Shown here: positions 1-16,716 of the stretch, piece by piece
Layout: each line of letters opens with the position of its first letter
How positions within the stretch are numbered: position 1 is the stretch's first letter
NCBI GenBank assembly: GCA_963699975.1
Contig: CAVOVY010000001.1
Location: 1,070,184-1,134,183 of the forward strand
Length of the DNA stretch: 64,000 nucleotides
Direction: 5' to 3'
From: an uncultured Gammaproteobacteria bacterium
GTDB taxonomy: Bacteria; Pseudomonadota; Gammaproteobacteria; Xanthomonadales; Rhodanobacteraceae
Translations under genes and position numbers: made by a program
Notes under the pieces: model-generated
What the model was told of the DNA's origin: nothing
The model's input: only the letters and a program-made list of their open reading frames with translations
Databases searched by the model: none

Positions 1-371
1 CGGCCGCACGCTGTCCGGCCAGACCGCCGAAGCGTTCTACTACTCGTTGCGCCATGCGCGGCCGTTGTCGATCGGCCTCAACTGCGCGCTCGGCGCGACC
101 GAGCTGCGCGCCTATGTCGACGCGCTCGCGCAGGTCGCCGACTGCTACGTCAGCGCGCATCCGAACGCGGGCTTGCCGAATGCGTTCGGCGAATACGACG
201 AAACGCCGGAGCAAATGGCCGCGATGATCGGCGAATTCGCGCGCGAGTGGCCTGGTCAACTTCGTCGGCGGCTGCTGCGGCACGACGCCCGCGCATATCC
301 GCGCGATCGCCGAGGCGGTGCGCGACGTGACACCGCGCGCACTGCCGACCATCGAATCCCGAGCCGCTTAG
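1..371 (+). CDS. metH: Methionine synthase N-terminal half (homocysteine S-methyltransferase domain); 5' end outside window, frameshifted
   Basis: [32 protein letters not shown] and GGCCGTTP motifs; stop TAG at 369-371. Confidence 0.9.
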
Positions 372-374
372 CTT

Positions 375-398
375 GTCATTCCCGCGAAGGCGGGAATC
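375..398. repeat. REP palindrome GTCATTCCCGCGAAGGCGGGAATC
   Basis: Hairpin ATTCCCGC-GAAG-GCGGGAAT between the two metH halves. Confidence 0.8.
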
Positions 399-427
399 GA
401 CGGCATAAAGAAAAGCAACGAAAGATC

Positions 428-3253
<2,826 letters not shown>

Positions 3254-3327
3254 TTGTCCGTCTGCATGAAACCAGCGGTCGCGGATGGCCGCCGCGCGGC
3301 TCTCGCGATCGCAATCGAGCGCATCGG

Positions 3328-3657
3328 TTACGTCTCTTCCGACCCGCCGGGCTCAATCACCTCGGGCTTGTGCTGGCGCAGATGCACGGCGAGGTTGTAC
3401 ACCGACACGAACGTCGGGAACAGGTTCGACATGATGCCGACCGAATCGTTCTTGCCGAAGATGAAATACGACAGCAGCAGCGCGCTGCCGGTGATCGACA
3501 ACCACCAGAACGAAATCGGCATGACCACGCGCCTCAGCTTCTTCGTCGCGTAGAGCTGCACGAACCAGCGCGCCGTGAACAGGAACGCGCCGATGTAGCC
3601 GATCAGTTTCCATGGCGTCACGCCGATATGGTGAATGTGGAACAGAACTTCGTTCAT
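3328..3657 (-). CDS. Lipid A biosynthesis N-terminal (LAB_N) domain membrane protein
   Basis: WKLIGYIGAFLFTARWFVQLYAT...VMPISFWWLSITGS motif. Confidence 0.85.
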   Translation of the reverse strand: MNEVLFHIHHIGVTPWKLIGYIGAFLFTARWFVQLYATKKLRRVVMPISFWWLSITGSALLLSYFIFGKNDSVGIMSNLFPTFVSVYNLAVHLRQHKPEVIEPGGSEET

Positions 3658-3740
3658 GCGGAATTCCCCGGTTCGGCGCCACAGTGCGCAACGGCGATTT
3701 TATCAAGCCCGCGCTACGCAAACCAAAAAACTTGCAGTGA

Positions 3741-3820
3741 GCTTCTTGCGATAGCTTGCTGCCGCTGGGCAATGCCCAAAGGAACTCGCTCGCCGCAGGC
3801 GAGTGAAAGGTCTTGCTCTC
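3741..3820. repeat. Remnant terminal arm of the MITE-like family at 27359-27956
   Basis: ATGCCCAAAGGAACTCGCTCGCCGCAGGCGAGTGAAAGG resembles ATGCCAAAAGTAACTCGCTCGGCGCAGGCGAATGAAAGC at 27918-27956. Confidence 0.6.
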
Positions 3821-3870
3821 AAGAAACCGGTAATCGCTGGCGCGCCATCGTCATCCGTTAATATCGCGCC

Positions 3871-5973
3871 ATGCTCAAGACCCTGACCCGGATCAAACCG
3901 CGCGACGTGCCGCTGATCGTCGCGCTGCGCAACAGCGCGGCGGTGGTGCTGCCGCTCGCGGCCGGAATCATCAGCGGTCATGTGTCGATAGGCCTCGGCA
4001 TCGCCAGCGGTGCGCTGAACACGATGTTTCTCGATCAGCCCGGGCCCTACCGGCTGCGCATGCAGCGCATGCTGCTGACCGCACTCGGCGCGGCGGTGTC
4101 GGGTTGCGTCGGCAGTCTGGTCGGCGCGAATTCGCTGTTGATGGTGATCGTGTCGCTGATCTGGGGCGTTGGCGGCGGCATCCTGGTGGCACTCGGACCG
4201 AACGCGGGGCGCGCGGGACTCGCGTGCATGATTCTGCTGCTGGTCATGAGCGCGGTGCCGCGAACCGCGGCGGATGCATTCAGCACGGGATTGCTGATCT
4301 TCGCTGGCGGCGCGCTGCAGACGCTGTTCGCGCTCGCCGCGTGGCCGCTGTTGCGCTACCGACCCGAGCGCGACGCGCTCGCGCGCGTATGCCACGAGCT
4401 CGCCGCGATTACCCATCGGCCGATCGCCCCCGATCGGCTCGATCGCGCTCCGCCGGTGACCCAGGGTCTGCTCGATATCGAGCAGTTGCTGCACGGCGCG
4501 CATCGCGCACGCGGCACCGCGATGGAGAGTTTTCGCGTGCTCGCGCGCGTCATCGAGCGCATGCGCCTGGAACTGCTCGCACTCGGCGACGTGATCAGCA
4601 GCCTGTCCGACGACGGGACTCAAGGCGAAGCGCGGCACACACTGCTGCGTCTGCGCGAATACACCTCGCGCACGCTCGCAGCGATCGGCGACGCGCTGCA
4701 GCGCGGTGCCAGCCCGCTCGCTGCGAGCGCCGCGATCGAAGGTTACGATGCCGCACTGGCTGCGCTTGAGGAACTCGGCCACCACTGCGACGCCAGCCTG
4801 CAACGCCAGCTCACGATCGCGCTCGCGCGCGCGCAGGCGCTCGGTGGTCAACTGCGCGCGATGGTTCGCAATGCCGATTTCGCCGGCAGCCGCGGCGAAC
4901 TGCGTGCGGAAGAAAACGAGGCGCGTCTGCCGCTGCGAACTGCGTCAGCGACAGCGCCCTGGCCACGCTACGCGCGAATTTCCATCTGCAGTCGGTCGCA
5001 TTCCGGCATGCGCTGCGCTGCGGCGTGTGCCTCGCGCTCGCCGTCGCCGGCGAACGTGCTTATGGCCATGCATTTGGTGGCGTCTGGCATGGCTTCTGGG
5101 TGCCGATGACGACCGCGATCGTGCTCAAACCCGATTTCGCCGGCACCTTCAGCTTTCGGTCTGCTGCGTGTCGCCGGCACGCTGGCCGGGCTCGTGCTGA
5201 CCACAGCGCATCGTGCATTACGCGCTCGGCGACGTCTGGGCGCAGCTCGCACTGCTCGCCGTGCTGTGCACGGGCTTTCGCCTGCTCGTCACGGTGAACT
5301 ACGGCCTCGGCGTCATGCTGCTTACCGGCCTCATCGTGATCCTGCTGTCGTTCTACGGCATCGCGCCGGGCGAGGCGATGCTCGTGCGTGGCGTCGCGAC
5401 CGCGATCGGCTGCGCGTTCGCCCTGCTCGCCTATGCGCTATGGCCGACCTGGGAACGTCTGCGGCCCGCGCTGGCGACGATGATCGATTCGTACCGGGAG
5501 TATTTTTCAGCGTTGTTCGATGGCGATGCCAGTACCCGCCGCATCGTGCGAACCGCTTCGCGCAGTGCGCGCACGAATGCGCTCGCCTCGCTCGAACGAC
5601 TGCGCGGCGAGCCGCAGGCGCGATCGCGCAACTGATTGCGCTGGCCGAAGGCGTGTTCGCCAATGCCAATCGCCTCGTGCGCGCCAGCATGTCGCTCGAA
5701 GCCGTGCTGCAGGACAGTGCCGAGCGGCCGGCGCAGGGCGAGGTGCGCGAATTCGCCGCGCGCGTGGACGCGAGCCTGGCTGCCATCGCCGACGGATTGC
5801 GCCACGATCGTCCGGTGCATGTCGAGAACCTGCGTCAGGCCGAGCGTGGACTGGCGAGGAAGCTCAACGCGATTGCCGAGGGCGAAGGGCGCGCCGTTGC
5901 GATCGCGATCGGCGACGCTTGCGACCGCATCGTCGACTCGATCAATACGCTCGCGCATCTGTCGGGCGGTTGA
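3871..5973 (+). CDS. FUSC/YccS-family inner-membrane transporter (frameshifted)
   Basis: N-terminal TM block with DQPGPYRLR; second TM block GFWVPMTTAIVLKPDF; ORF pieces 3871-5109, 5025-5297, 5213-5635, 5194-5973. Confidence 0.85.
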
Positions 5974-6000
5974 CATCCACCCGGCGGTGCAGAAGTCGGC

Positions 6001-7908
6001 CTACAAACTGCAACCGGCCGGCGTCGGGCCCACGCGCACGAGATTCATCGTGCCGTTCAAACCCTGATTGGTTCCGCCGGTGAAGTTGTACGCGAGGGTC
6101 ATGGCTGCGCAGCTTTGGAACGTGATGCTCGCCGTCCCTACCTGGGTAGTCGTTACCGCGGTCGGATCGTGGAAAACGCCGCCGGTCGTCTCGTAGATGG
6201 GAACGCCGGTCGCCGAACTGCTGCCGGCCGCGAACTGATTGCTCTGAATCGTGTACCAGCGCTGGCTGGCGCCGCCGCCTGTTTGTTGTCCCGTCGGCGA
6301 ATACGTATACCAGGCCGCGCCGAGGACCGATTGCGCGGGGTTGATGTCGAATATCAGGCCCTGACCGCTGGTGCTTGGGTTGTACCAGCTCCCCGAGAGC
6401 AGATAATCCGACGCCGCCGCGCCATTGTCGCCGGCCGCGGAACAGGTGGTGTTTCCGGTCAGGCGCAAGAGCGGGATACTGCCGCTGCGGCTGCTGCCGT
6501 CGGTGAACGTGTAGTTGAGCAAGCCGTGCGTGCAATCGGTGAATTGCAACGTCGCCTGTCCGACCGCTGTCGCGCTGACGCTCGGTGCGGCGTTGAAGTT
6601 GCCGCCGGTACTTGCATAAATGGTCAGAGATGCCAGGGAATCGGTGTTGCTCACGTCGCCTTGCAGGGTGTACCAGCGCTGTCCGCCGGTGGAGGCGACA
6701 TCGAAGGTGAACCAGCCCGCGGACAATACGCCTTGTCCCGCGCCGTGCATGTCCGGAAAGACCTCGACCGCCAGGCCCTGACCGCTGGTGCTGGGGTCGT
6801 ACCAGGTGCCGGTAAGGCCGTGTTGATCGAGATTCACAGACGCGGAAGATCGGGTGATCGCACTGAAACTCGGGGTCAGACCGGTCGCGATGGTGGTGCC
6901 GTTGACGACGTTGACGCTCAAATCGATCACGGAAACTGTCGCTTCGCCGGAGTTGCTGACGTAGGCGTACGACCCGTTCGAATCGATTGATATGCCCAGT
7001 GGCAGATAGCCCACCGGCACGACCGCGACCACCGTATTGGTCGCCGCGCTGATCACAGATACCGTGTTGCTTATGTAGTTGACGACATAAACGAACGTGC
7101 CTGCCGGGTTGATGGCGATGCCATCGGGGCCGATGTCGACGGGCACCGTGGCAACGACCGTGTTGTTCGCCGTGTCGATGACCGAAACCGTATCGTCGCC
7201 GTAATTCGTGACATACGCTGCCGTTCCCGCCGGGTTGACCACGACACCCAAAGGATTGACGCCCACCGGTATCGTCGTCGTGACCGTCTTGCTTGCGGTG
7301 TCGATCACCGCAACCTTGGCGAGATTGGCTTCGGTGACGTAGACGTGATCGCCCGCCGGAGAAACCGCCACCCCCACCGGATAACCGCCAACCGTGATCT
7401 TGCTGCTTTCGGTGTTGCTGGCCGTGTCGACAGCCGAAACAGTACCGTCTTGCAGATTGGCGACATAGACCGATACTCCGTCCGGGCTCATGGCCAGCAA
7501 CTCCGGCTCGTTGCCCACCGTAACGGTAGCGGTAACTGCATTGGTTGCGGTATCGATAACGGAAACGCTGGCCGAACCGAAGTTGGCAACGTAGGCGGAC
7601 GTGCCGGCGGGATTGATCGCCACACCCAATGGACTGGTGCCCACCGTTATCGTCGCGGTCGATATGGCGGTTGCGGTATCGATCACCGAAACCGTGTCGT
7701 CGCTGTAGTTGGCGACATAAGCGAACGGCGCCGCATACGCCGAATTCGCACCGAGCAGCGCCAACGCACACCAACCCGCGAGCCTGCACATGCGGCGGAA
7801 CGTTTTCAGCAATTTCGGTGCGCCGGACGGAACCGGCGTGGTATTCAGCGGCAGACCGCCCGACGCGTTTGTCATGCGTGTACTCGTTTCCGGTTTATGT
7901 CCATTCAT
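6001..7908 (-). CDS. Secreted YVTN/YncE-type beta-propeller protein with duplicated C-terminal domain
   Basis: Signal peptide; about 7 repeats of AYVxN...TVSVIDTA; two copies of a (G/L)LxGxWYxPSTSGQGL...WYT domain; true start may be downstream. Confidence 0.85.
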   Translation of the reverse strand: MNGHKPETSTRMTNASGGLPLNTTPVPSGAPKLLKTFRRMCRLAGWCALALLGANSAYAAPFAYVANYSDDTVSVIDTATAISTATITVGTSPLGVAINPAGTSAYVANFGSASVSVIDTATNAVTATVTVGNEPELLAMSPDGVSVYVANLQDGTVSAVDTASNTESSKITVGGYPVGVAVSPAGDHVYVTEANLAKVAVIDTASKTVTTTIPVGVNPLGVVVNPAGTAAYVTNYGDDTVSVIDTANNTVVATVPVDIGPDGIAINPAGTFVYVVNYISNTVSVISAATNTVVAVVPVGYLPLGISIDSNGSYAYVSNSGEATVSVIDLSVNVVNGTTIATGLTPSFSAITRSSASVNLDQHGLTGTWYDPSTSGQGLAVEVFPDMHGAGQGVLSAGWFTFDVASTGGQRWYTLQGDVSNTDSLASLTIYASTGGNFNAAPSVSATAVGQATLQFTDCTHGLLNYTFTDGSSRSGSIPLLRLTGNTTCSAAGDNGAAASDYLLSGSWYNPSTSGQGLIFDINPAQSVLGAAWYTYSPTGQQTGGGASQRWYTIQSNQFAAGSSSATGVPIYETTGGVFHDPTAVTTTQVGTASITFQSCAAMTLAYNFTGGTNQGLNGTMNLVRVGPTPAGCSL

Positions 7909-8071
7909 GATACGGCAAAATCATGTTTCGCAGCGGCCACGCCGAAGCGGGTCCGCCGCGGTCATTCAGTTGCCATTCTCCTTGCTGCCTGTCGCTATGC
8001 GCGGACGCAAGCGCAGCCTTGAGGCCAGGGGATGGCTCCGCATCGAGCGATAAAAAGAATAAAATCAGCCG

Positions 8072-9137
8072 ATGCCGACGTCCGCAATGCTCAAGATCGA
8101 CACCCACGCCCATATCCTGCCGCCGCGACTGGCCGAACCTCGCCGACAAGTACGGCGACGACCGCTTCCCGGTGATGGTGCAATACCGAAGGGCGCCATC
8201 GCATCTACAAGGACGGCAAGTTCTTCCGCGAAGTCTGGGAGAACGCGTTCGACGCCGAAGCACCGCATCGCCGACTACGCGAAATTCGGCGTGCAGGTGC
8301 AGGTGATCTCCACCGTGCCGGTGCTGTTTTCGTACTGGGCCAAGCCCAATCAGGCGCTGGAACTGCACCGTCATCTCAACGATCACACCGCCGAAATCTG
8401 CCGCGACGTATCCGCGCCACTACGCCGGCATCGGCACGGTGCCGCTGCAGTCGCCGACGCTGGCGATCCAGGAAATGGAACGCTGCGTCGAGCAGCTCGG
8501 CCTGCAGGGCGTGCAGATCGGCTCGCACTGTGGACGACTGGAACCTCGACGCGCCGGAGCTGTTTCCGTTCTTCGAGGCCGCTGCCGATCTCGGCGCGGC
8601 GATCCTGGTGCATCCCTGGGACATGATGGGCAGCGGACAGCATGCCGAAGTACTGGCTGCCGTGGCTGGTCGGCATGCCGGCCGAGCAGTCGCGCGCGGC
8701 GTGCTGCCTGATCTTCGGCGGCGTGCTCGAGCGCCTGCCGAAACTGCGCGTCTGCTTCGCCCACGGCGGCGGCGCGTTTCCCTACACGATCGGCCGCATC
8801 GAGCACGGCTTCCGCATGCGCCCCGACCTCGTCGCCACCGACAACGCGCGCAATCCGCGCGAGTATTTCGACCGCATCTACTTCGATTCCTGCGTGCACG
8901 ACGACGCGCGCGCTGCGCTATCTGCTCGATGTCGCCGGCGTCGACACGTGATGCTCGGCACCGACTATCCGTTTCCCGCTCGGCGAGCAGGAACCCGGCA
9001 GCGGCATCGCCGCGCTCGGCCTCGACGCCGCCGAGCAGCGAGCGCCTGTACCACGGCACCGCGCTGGAATGGCTCGGCCTGCCGCTGTCGCACGTTTCGA
9101 TACCCGAACGCCACTGCGCACTGGAGCTCGTGCATGA
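8072..9137 (+). CDS. Amidohydrolase, 2-amino-3-carboxymuconate-6-semialdehyde decarboxylase (ACMSD)-like; frameshifted, end approximate
   Basis: KIDTHAHILP, ILVHPWDMMG, WLPWLVGMPAE, FAHGGGAFP, MLGTDYPF; close to kynU. Confidence 0.85.
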
Positions 9138-9699
9138 CGCATCGCGCAGCACTGCGCACATTCGCGATCACCCTTGCCGCATCGCACCCTGCTGCTGTGC
9201 GCTGCCGCCGTCGCAGGCCGCGCGACGTACAGCATGCGCTCGACGGCAGCGATGCATCAAATTCAAGCGCGCCGGCGGACTGGCCGGTGATCATGAGAAG
9301 ACCGAAGGCGATCCGCAGTTCGTCGTCTTCCAGGTGCCAGGATCCGGCCGATCACAGGCAGCGGCGACATCGAGCCAGCGTGACGGTCGAAGCGAGACTG
9401 CTCGACGACGTCGGCGATCTTCCAGCCGCATGGTCAACGCGCGACCGACAAGGCCAAGCAGATGCCCGGCTACGAACAGCGTGCCGACGGCGTGCGATGC
9501 CGACCGCGCATGCGCTACTTCGCGCATGAACGGCAAGACGCGCTACGAGTACCGCGAAACCTGGTATCTGCGACGGCCACTGCTCGTCCAGGTGCGCTGC
9601 TCGCGGCCCGATGCTGCGCGGCGACGACGGCCGCATGGACCGACGCCTACGAACAAGGGCTGCGCGCGAGTCATGCGCAGTCGATCGAAGCCGCATTGA
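9134..9699 (+). CDS. Hypothetical, probably secreted protein (frameshifted)
   Basis: Coding-like fragments (APADWPVI, EKTEGDPQFVVFQVP, RYEYRETWYL) fill the gap between ACMSD and kynU. Confidence 0.55.
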
Positions 9700-9711
9700 A
9701 GCGGCTGCCGC

Positions 9712-11027
9712 ATGAATCGCACGATGTCGCATACGCTCACGGACCGCGCCTGGGCGCTCGCGCGCAGGACGCGGCCGATCCGCTGCGCGCGTTCCGCGAC
9801 GAATTCCTGATCCCGCCGCACGGCGGCCGGCGAGCAGGTATATTTCTGCGGCAATTCGCTGGGCCTGCAGCCGCGCGCGACGCGCGCAGGCGCTCGATCG
9901 ACGAACTCGACGACTGGGGCGAGCTCGCCGTCGAGGCGCACTTTCGCGGCAAGCATCCGTGGATGCCCTACCACGAGTTCGTGCGCGACGCATCTCGCCG
10001 AGCTCGTCGGCGCGCAGCCCGCCGAAGTCGTGGCGATGAATTCGCTGAGCGTCGAATCTGCACCTGATGATGGTGAGCTTCTACCGGCCGACGCGCCGAG
10101 CGGCCGGCGATCCTGATCGAGAAGAAGCGCGTTTCCCTCCGATCGCTACGCGGTCGAATCGCAGATCCGCTTCCACGGCTTCGATCCGGCGACCGCGCTG
10201 ATCGAGCTGCGACGGCGACGAAGCCGAACGGCACGATCTCCGATGCAGCGATCGAGCGCGCGCTCGACGAGCACGGCTCGCGCATCGCGCTGGTGCTGCT
10301 GCCCGGCGTGCAGTACCGCACCGGCCAGGCATTCGACCTGCAAGCGCGATCACCGAGCTCGCGCACGCGCAAGGGCTGCGTCGTCGGCTTCGATCTCGCG
10401 CACGCCGTCGGCAACATGCCGCTGCAACCTGCACGACAGCGGCTGCCGACTTCGCCGTCTGGTGCAGCTACAAATACCTCAACTCCGGCCCCGGCGCGGT
10501 CGCCGGCTGCTTCGTGCACGAGCGCCACGCGCGCAGCCGACGCTGCCGCGCTTCGCCGGCTGGTGGGGGCACGACAAGGCCACGCGCTTCCAGATGGGTC
10601 CGGATTCGTCCCGACGCCCGGCGCCGACGGCTGGCAGTTGTCGAATCCGCCGATCCTCGCGCTCGCGCCGCTGCGCGTGTCGCTGGAGATCTTCCATCGC
10701 GCCGGCATGGCACGCCTGCGCGAGAAGTCGATCGCGCTGACCGGCTATCTGGCACTGGCTGATCGAGAGTCAACTTGCCGACATTGCTGGAAATCGTCAC
10801 GCCGCGCGAGCCCGAACGCCGCGGCTGCCAGCTGTCGCTGCGCGTCAACGGCGGACGCGACGCCGGCCGCGCGCTGTTCGATCACCTCGACGCGCAACGG
10901 CATCATCGGCGACTGGCGCGAACCCGACGTGATCCGCGTCGCGCCGACGCCGCTGTACAACCGCTATGCCGATTGCCTGCGCTTCGTCGATGCGGCAAGC
11001 GCATGGGCGGCACAACGCGCGGGCTGA
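9712..11027 (+). CDS. kynU: Kynureninase (frameshifted)
   Basis: [71 protein letters not shown]. Confidence 0.92.
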
Positions 11028-11034
11028 TCGTCGA

Positions 11035-11942
11035 TCAATCATCGTCATCGAAGCGTTGCGAGCCGAACGGTTTCTTCGCATTCGCGGGTGGCAGCGCATT
11101 CGCTGCCACGCCCTGCCACACCGCCAGCGCATCGCGCGTCGCCGCGACATCGTGCACGCGCACGATCGATGCCCGCTTTCTGCACCGCGATCAAGGCGCG
11201 GCGGCGGAACCGGCAGCGCGCTCACGCGACGTTCGCGCGGCCGGTAAGCGTGCCGATCATCGCCTTGCGCGACAGCCCAACCAACACGCGGCCGCCGAGT
11301 TCGCGGCAAACGATCCAGAGCGCGCAGCAAGGCGAGATTGTGTTCCAGCGACTTGCCGAAACCGAAACCCGGATCGACCAGAATGCTGCGCTTGTCGATG
11401 CCGGCCAGCTCGCAGGAGAACACCGGTCGGCCAGGAAACGGTGCACCTCGTCGACCACGTCGTCGTAGTGCGGTCGCTCCTGCATCGTGCGCGGTTCGCC
11501 CTGCATATGCATCAAGAACACCGGGACTTTCAGTTCAGCCGCGGCATCGAGGGCGCCGTCGCGCCGCAGCGCGTAGACGTCGTTGATCAGACCCGCGCCG
11601 GCCGCGACCGCCGCGCGCATCACCTCCGGCTTCGAGGTATCGATGCCGATCGGCACTGCAACGCATTTTGCGAGCGCTTCAATCACCGGCACCACGCGCG
11701 CGATTTCTTCTTCGGCATCGAAACTTCGTCCGCACCCGGTCGAGTGGACTCGCCACCGACATCCAGCAGTCCGCGCCCTGCTCCACCATCGCCACGCCAC
11801 GCGCCAGCGCGGCATCAACGTCATTCCGCAAGCCGTCGCCGGAAAACGAATCGTCGGTAAGGTTGAGCACGCCTGCGATGCGCGGACGGTCCAGTTTCAA
11901 CGAACGGCCGCCGCAAGCGAGCGTTGCAATGGTGTCGAACAT
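11035..11942 (-). CDS. folP: Dihydropteroate synthase (frameshifted)
   Basis: GVLNLTDDSFSGDG, IDTSKPEVM, LINDV, LMHMQGEPRTMQ, VDPGFGFGK, VGLSRK. Confidence 0.95.
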
Positions 11943-11959
11943 GGGCGCAGTGTACGCGC

Positions 11960-13792
11960 TCATTGGCAGACGAATGCATCGGGGCCACTGGCCGGCGCGG
12001 GCTGGCACAGGTCCGGCCAGCCGAATTGTTTCCAGTAGGCGACCATGCCGATGCGCTGCGCGAAACCCTGGAATGCGGGATCGCGGCGCGCCTTGCGCGA
12101 CCACGGTTCGGGTTGCCACAGCCAATTGAAATATCCGTCGGATAAACCGCTGGGGCCGTGTTCGTACAGATCGAACGATCGCGCCGGTTCCCCCAGTTGC
12201 AGCAACAGGGTCGGCGCCCAGTCGTCATCCGCATGGCCGTCGATGATTTTCAGCGCAGCCTGATGCTGTGCGGCATCGCCATACGTACCGCGATAGATCG
12301 CCTGCAAATCCACGGGGGAAATCTTCGTGCCCATCTTGCTCGTCGAATTGGCGAACTGCCGGGCCGCGCCCGCCATGTCGCCGCGTGCGGCGTCATAGAA
12401 CTCCAGCATCTGCGCACCGAACGGAGAATCCGCAGCGCCGCCGCGGTGTATGAAATCGAGTGCGCCGGCCTGGTCGCCTTCGCGCCAGCGCGTCATACTC
12501 TTGTAGAACAGCAGCAGAATATTCGCCGGATCGTTGACCAGCGCCGCGTCAATGCGCGCTTCCGAGGCGCGGGTGCGACCCATCGCAGCCAGTTCGTTGG
12601 CGGCCCAGTAGTTCACCGCGACATTGTCCGGCGCCAGTTCCAGCGCGCGCTGCATCGGCGCGACCATTGCCACGTAATGCCGTTGCGAGAACTGGTTGTA
12701 GCTGAGCGCCGCATAGGCCTCGGCATCGTCCGGATCGAGGGTGAGCGCGCGATGTGCGGCATCGTCGGATATGCGCCAGCTCGTGTTCCAGTCGCTCGCC
12801 GTGTACTGCGGCAGCACAGCGTATGCAACCGCGAGCTTGGACCACGCCCGCGCGAATTTCGGGTCGAGTGTCGTGGCCTTCTGCAACAGCGTGATCGCGC
12901 GTGGCAGGCTGTCGCCCACCCGCTTGTTGACCAGCGTCTGCGCGGTGACGAAATCCGCATAGGCCTCGGCGCTGGTGGTCGCCACCGGCACCAACCGCGC
13001 CTGTTCATTGCCGCTCAGGACGATTTTCAGATGATCGGTGATGGCGCGCGCGATGCGCTCCTGCACATCGAAGATATTGCCCAGATCGCCGTCGTAGCTT
13101 TGCGACCACACCTCGAAGCCGTCGCCGGTACGGACCAGTTGCACGCTGATGCGCACCGCATCGCCCTGCGTGCGCACCGCACCCTGCAGCACGTTGGCCA
13201 CGTTCAGCGCCTTGCCGATGGTGCGCAGATCGGCATTGTGGCTGCCGTAATAGAACGACGAAGCGCGGCCGGCGACTTTCAGATCCTGCACCCGCGCCAG
13301 CGCGTTCAACAATTCCTCGGCCAGACCGGAAGCGAAATAGGCATGATCGTGGGCCGGGCTCAAATCGTCGAACGGCAGCACGGCGATGGACTTGGCGGGG
13401 ATGGCGGAAGCCGCGTCGTCTTTCGGCCCCGTGCTCTTGCGCCACAGGAAGGTGTTGGTTAGTAACAGCACGACGGCAATGGCGAGCACCGCGATGATCC
13501 AGCGGTCGAACTTCTTGCCGGTGTGCGCCGCGATCGAATCGTCCGGTGCGATTTCGCTCTCGCGCTTCAACCCCTGCGGCGTGAATTCATAAAACCACGC
13601 AAACGCGAGCCAGAACGGAAAGCCGATCACCGCAGCGACGAGGAACCAGCGCGTAACCCAGTCCGGCGCACCCACCGATGGGCCCAATTGCGAGATACCT
13701 TGTGCCAAAGCCCACACGCCGGCCGCGTACAACGCGCCCGCGCGCAGCACGTTGCGGCGGCGCAATTCGGCAAGAAACGACCCGACGCGCAT
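11960..13792 (-). CDS. Membrane protein with TolB-like N-terminal domain and TPR repeats
   Basis: ELRRRNVLR, FAWFYEFTPQGLKRE, SIAVLPFDDLS...YFASGLAEELLNALA, TPR-like helices. Confidence 0.85.
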   Translation of the reverse strand: MRVGSFLAELRRRNVLRAGALYAAGVWALAQGISQLGPSVGAPDWVTRWFLVAAVIGFPFWLAFAWFYEFTPQGLKRESEIAPDDSIAAHTGKKFDRWIIAVLAIAVVLLLTNTFLWRKSTGPKDDAASAIPAKSIAVLPFDDLSPAHDHAYFASGLAEELLNALARVQDLKVAGRASSFYYGSHNADLRTIGKALNVANVLQGAVRTQGDAVRISVQLVRTGDGFEVWSQSYDGDLGNIFDVQERIARAITDHLKIVLSGNEQARLVPVATTSAEAYADFVTAQTLVNKRVGDSLPRAITLLQKATTLDPKFARAWSKLAVAYAVLPQYTASDWNTSWRISDDAAHRALTLDPDDAEAYAALSYNQFSQRHYVAMVAPMQRALELAPDNVAVNYWAANELAAMGRTRASEARIDAALVNDPANILLLFYKSMTRWREGDQAGALDFIHRGGAADSPFGAQMLEFYDAARGDMAGAARQFANSTSKMGTKISPVDLQAIYRGTYGDAAQHQAALKIIDGHADDDWAPTLLLQLGEPARSFDLYEHGPSGLSDGYFNWLWQPEPWSRKARRDPAFQGFAQRIGMVAYWKQFGWPDLCQPAPASGPDAFVCQ

Positions 13793-13888
13793 GAAACCCC
13801 TTTTGTCTACCGCCGACGGCGGCGAGGCAGTTTGCGAAAGCGCGGCTGATAGTGCAAGCGATGGCGTAGCGCCCTTCACACAAACGCA

Positions 13889-13910
13889 AAGGCCGCCCAT
13901 GGGCGGCCTT
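13889..13910 (-). terminator. Rho-independent terminator of ftsH
   Basis: AAGGCCGCCC-AT-GGGCGGCCTT hairpin just after the ftsH stop, with a T-rich tail on the minus strand. Confidence 0.75.
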
Positions 13911-13930
13911 CGACATTTACACAGGACGTG

Positions 13931-15846
<1,916 letters not shown>

Positions 15847-15974
15847 CGTTTTGACTCACACGCGGCCCGTTGCCGCAAAAATTTTCAGTACAACCATCCA
15901 TGGTGCCTGGTGCCGGCCTCGACATCCATGTCGAGTCGCTCGTCGGCGCGAACTGCGCTTCAACGCAGTTCGCG

Positions 15975-16615
15975 TCATTTCCCGACTCGCCCAGTTGCCA
16001 AGCGCATAAACCTCGGCGCTGCGCGCTCGCGACGCCTTCGGTTTCCGAATGCTGACGCGCTCATAGCCCGAGCGCAAGTTTTTAAGGTATTCGTCGAAAT
16101 CCCGTCCCTGGAACAATTTGACCAGGAACGCACCACCGGGCTTCAGGTGGACGGCGGAAAATTCCGCTGCCAATTCAGCAAGATGCATGGCGCGCGCCTG
16201 GTCGGCCACGCCCACTCCGCTGATATTGGGCGCCATATCGCTGAAGCACAAGGTCGACAGCGGCGCCGTCCAGCGCCTTATCCAATTGTTTAACCACGCT
16301 TTCCTCGCGAAAATCGCCCTCGATGAAGTCGACACCCGCAATGCCCTGCATCGGCAGGATGTCGAGCGCGATCACGCGGCCCTGCCATTCGCCTTTTTTT
16401 TCGCCGAGGCGCTCGCGCACCATCTGCGACCAGCCACCCGGCGCAGCGCCGAGATCGACCACGACCATGCCAGGCTTGAGCAGCGGATCGCGATCGAGTA
16501 GTTCTTCGAGCTTGAACACCGCGCGCGAGCGCCAGCCTTCGGCCTGCGCGCGCTTCACATAGGGATCGCTGAAATGTTCCTTCAGCCAGCGTTGGCTGGA
16601 TTTGCTGCGGGGCAT
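15975..16615 (-). CDS. rlmE: 23S rRNA Um2552 methyltransferase (frameshifted)
   Basis: [49 protein letters not shown]. Confidence 0.95.
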
Positions 16616-16716
16616 GCTTGTGTTCGCCGCGGCGAACGCGGATCGACTCAACGGGACAGTGCTGCATGATACCCTGTATACCCTGCAACATCCCGATTCG
16701 ACAGTATATTTTCAAT

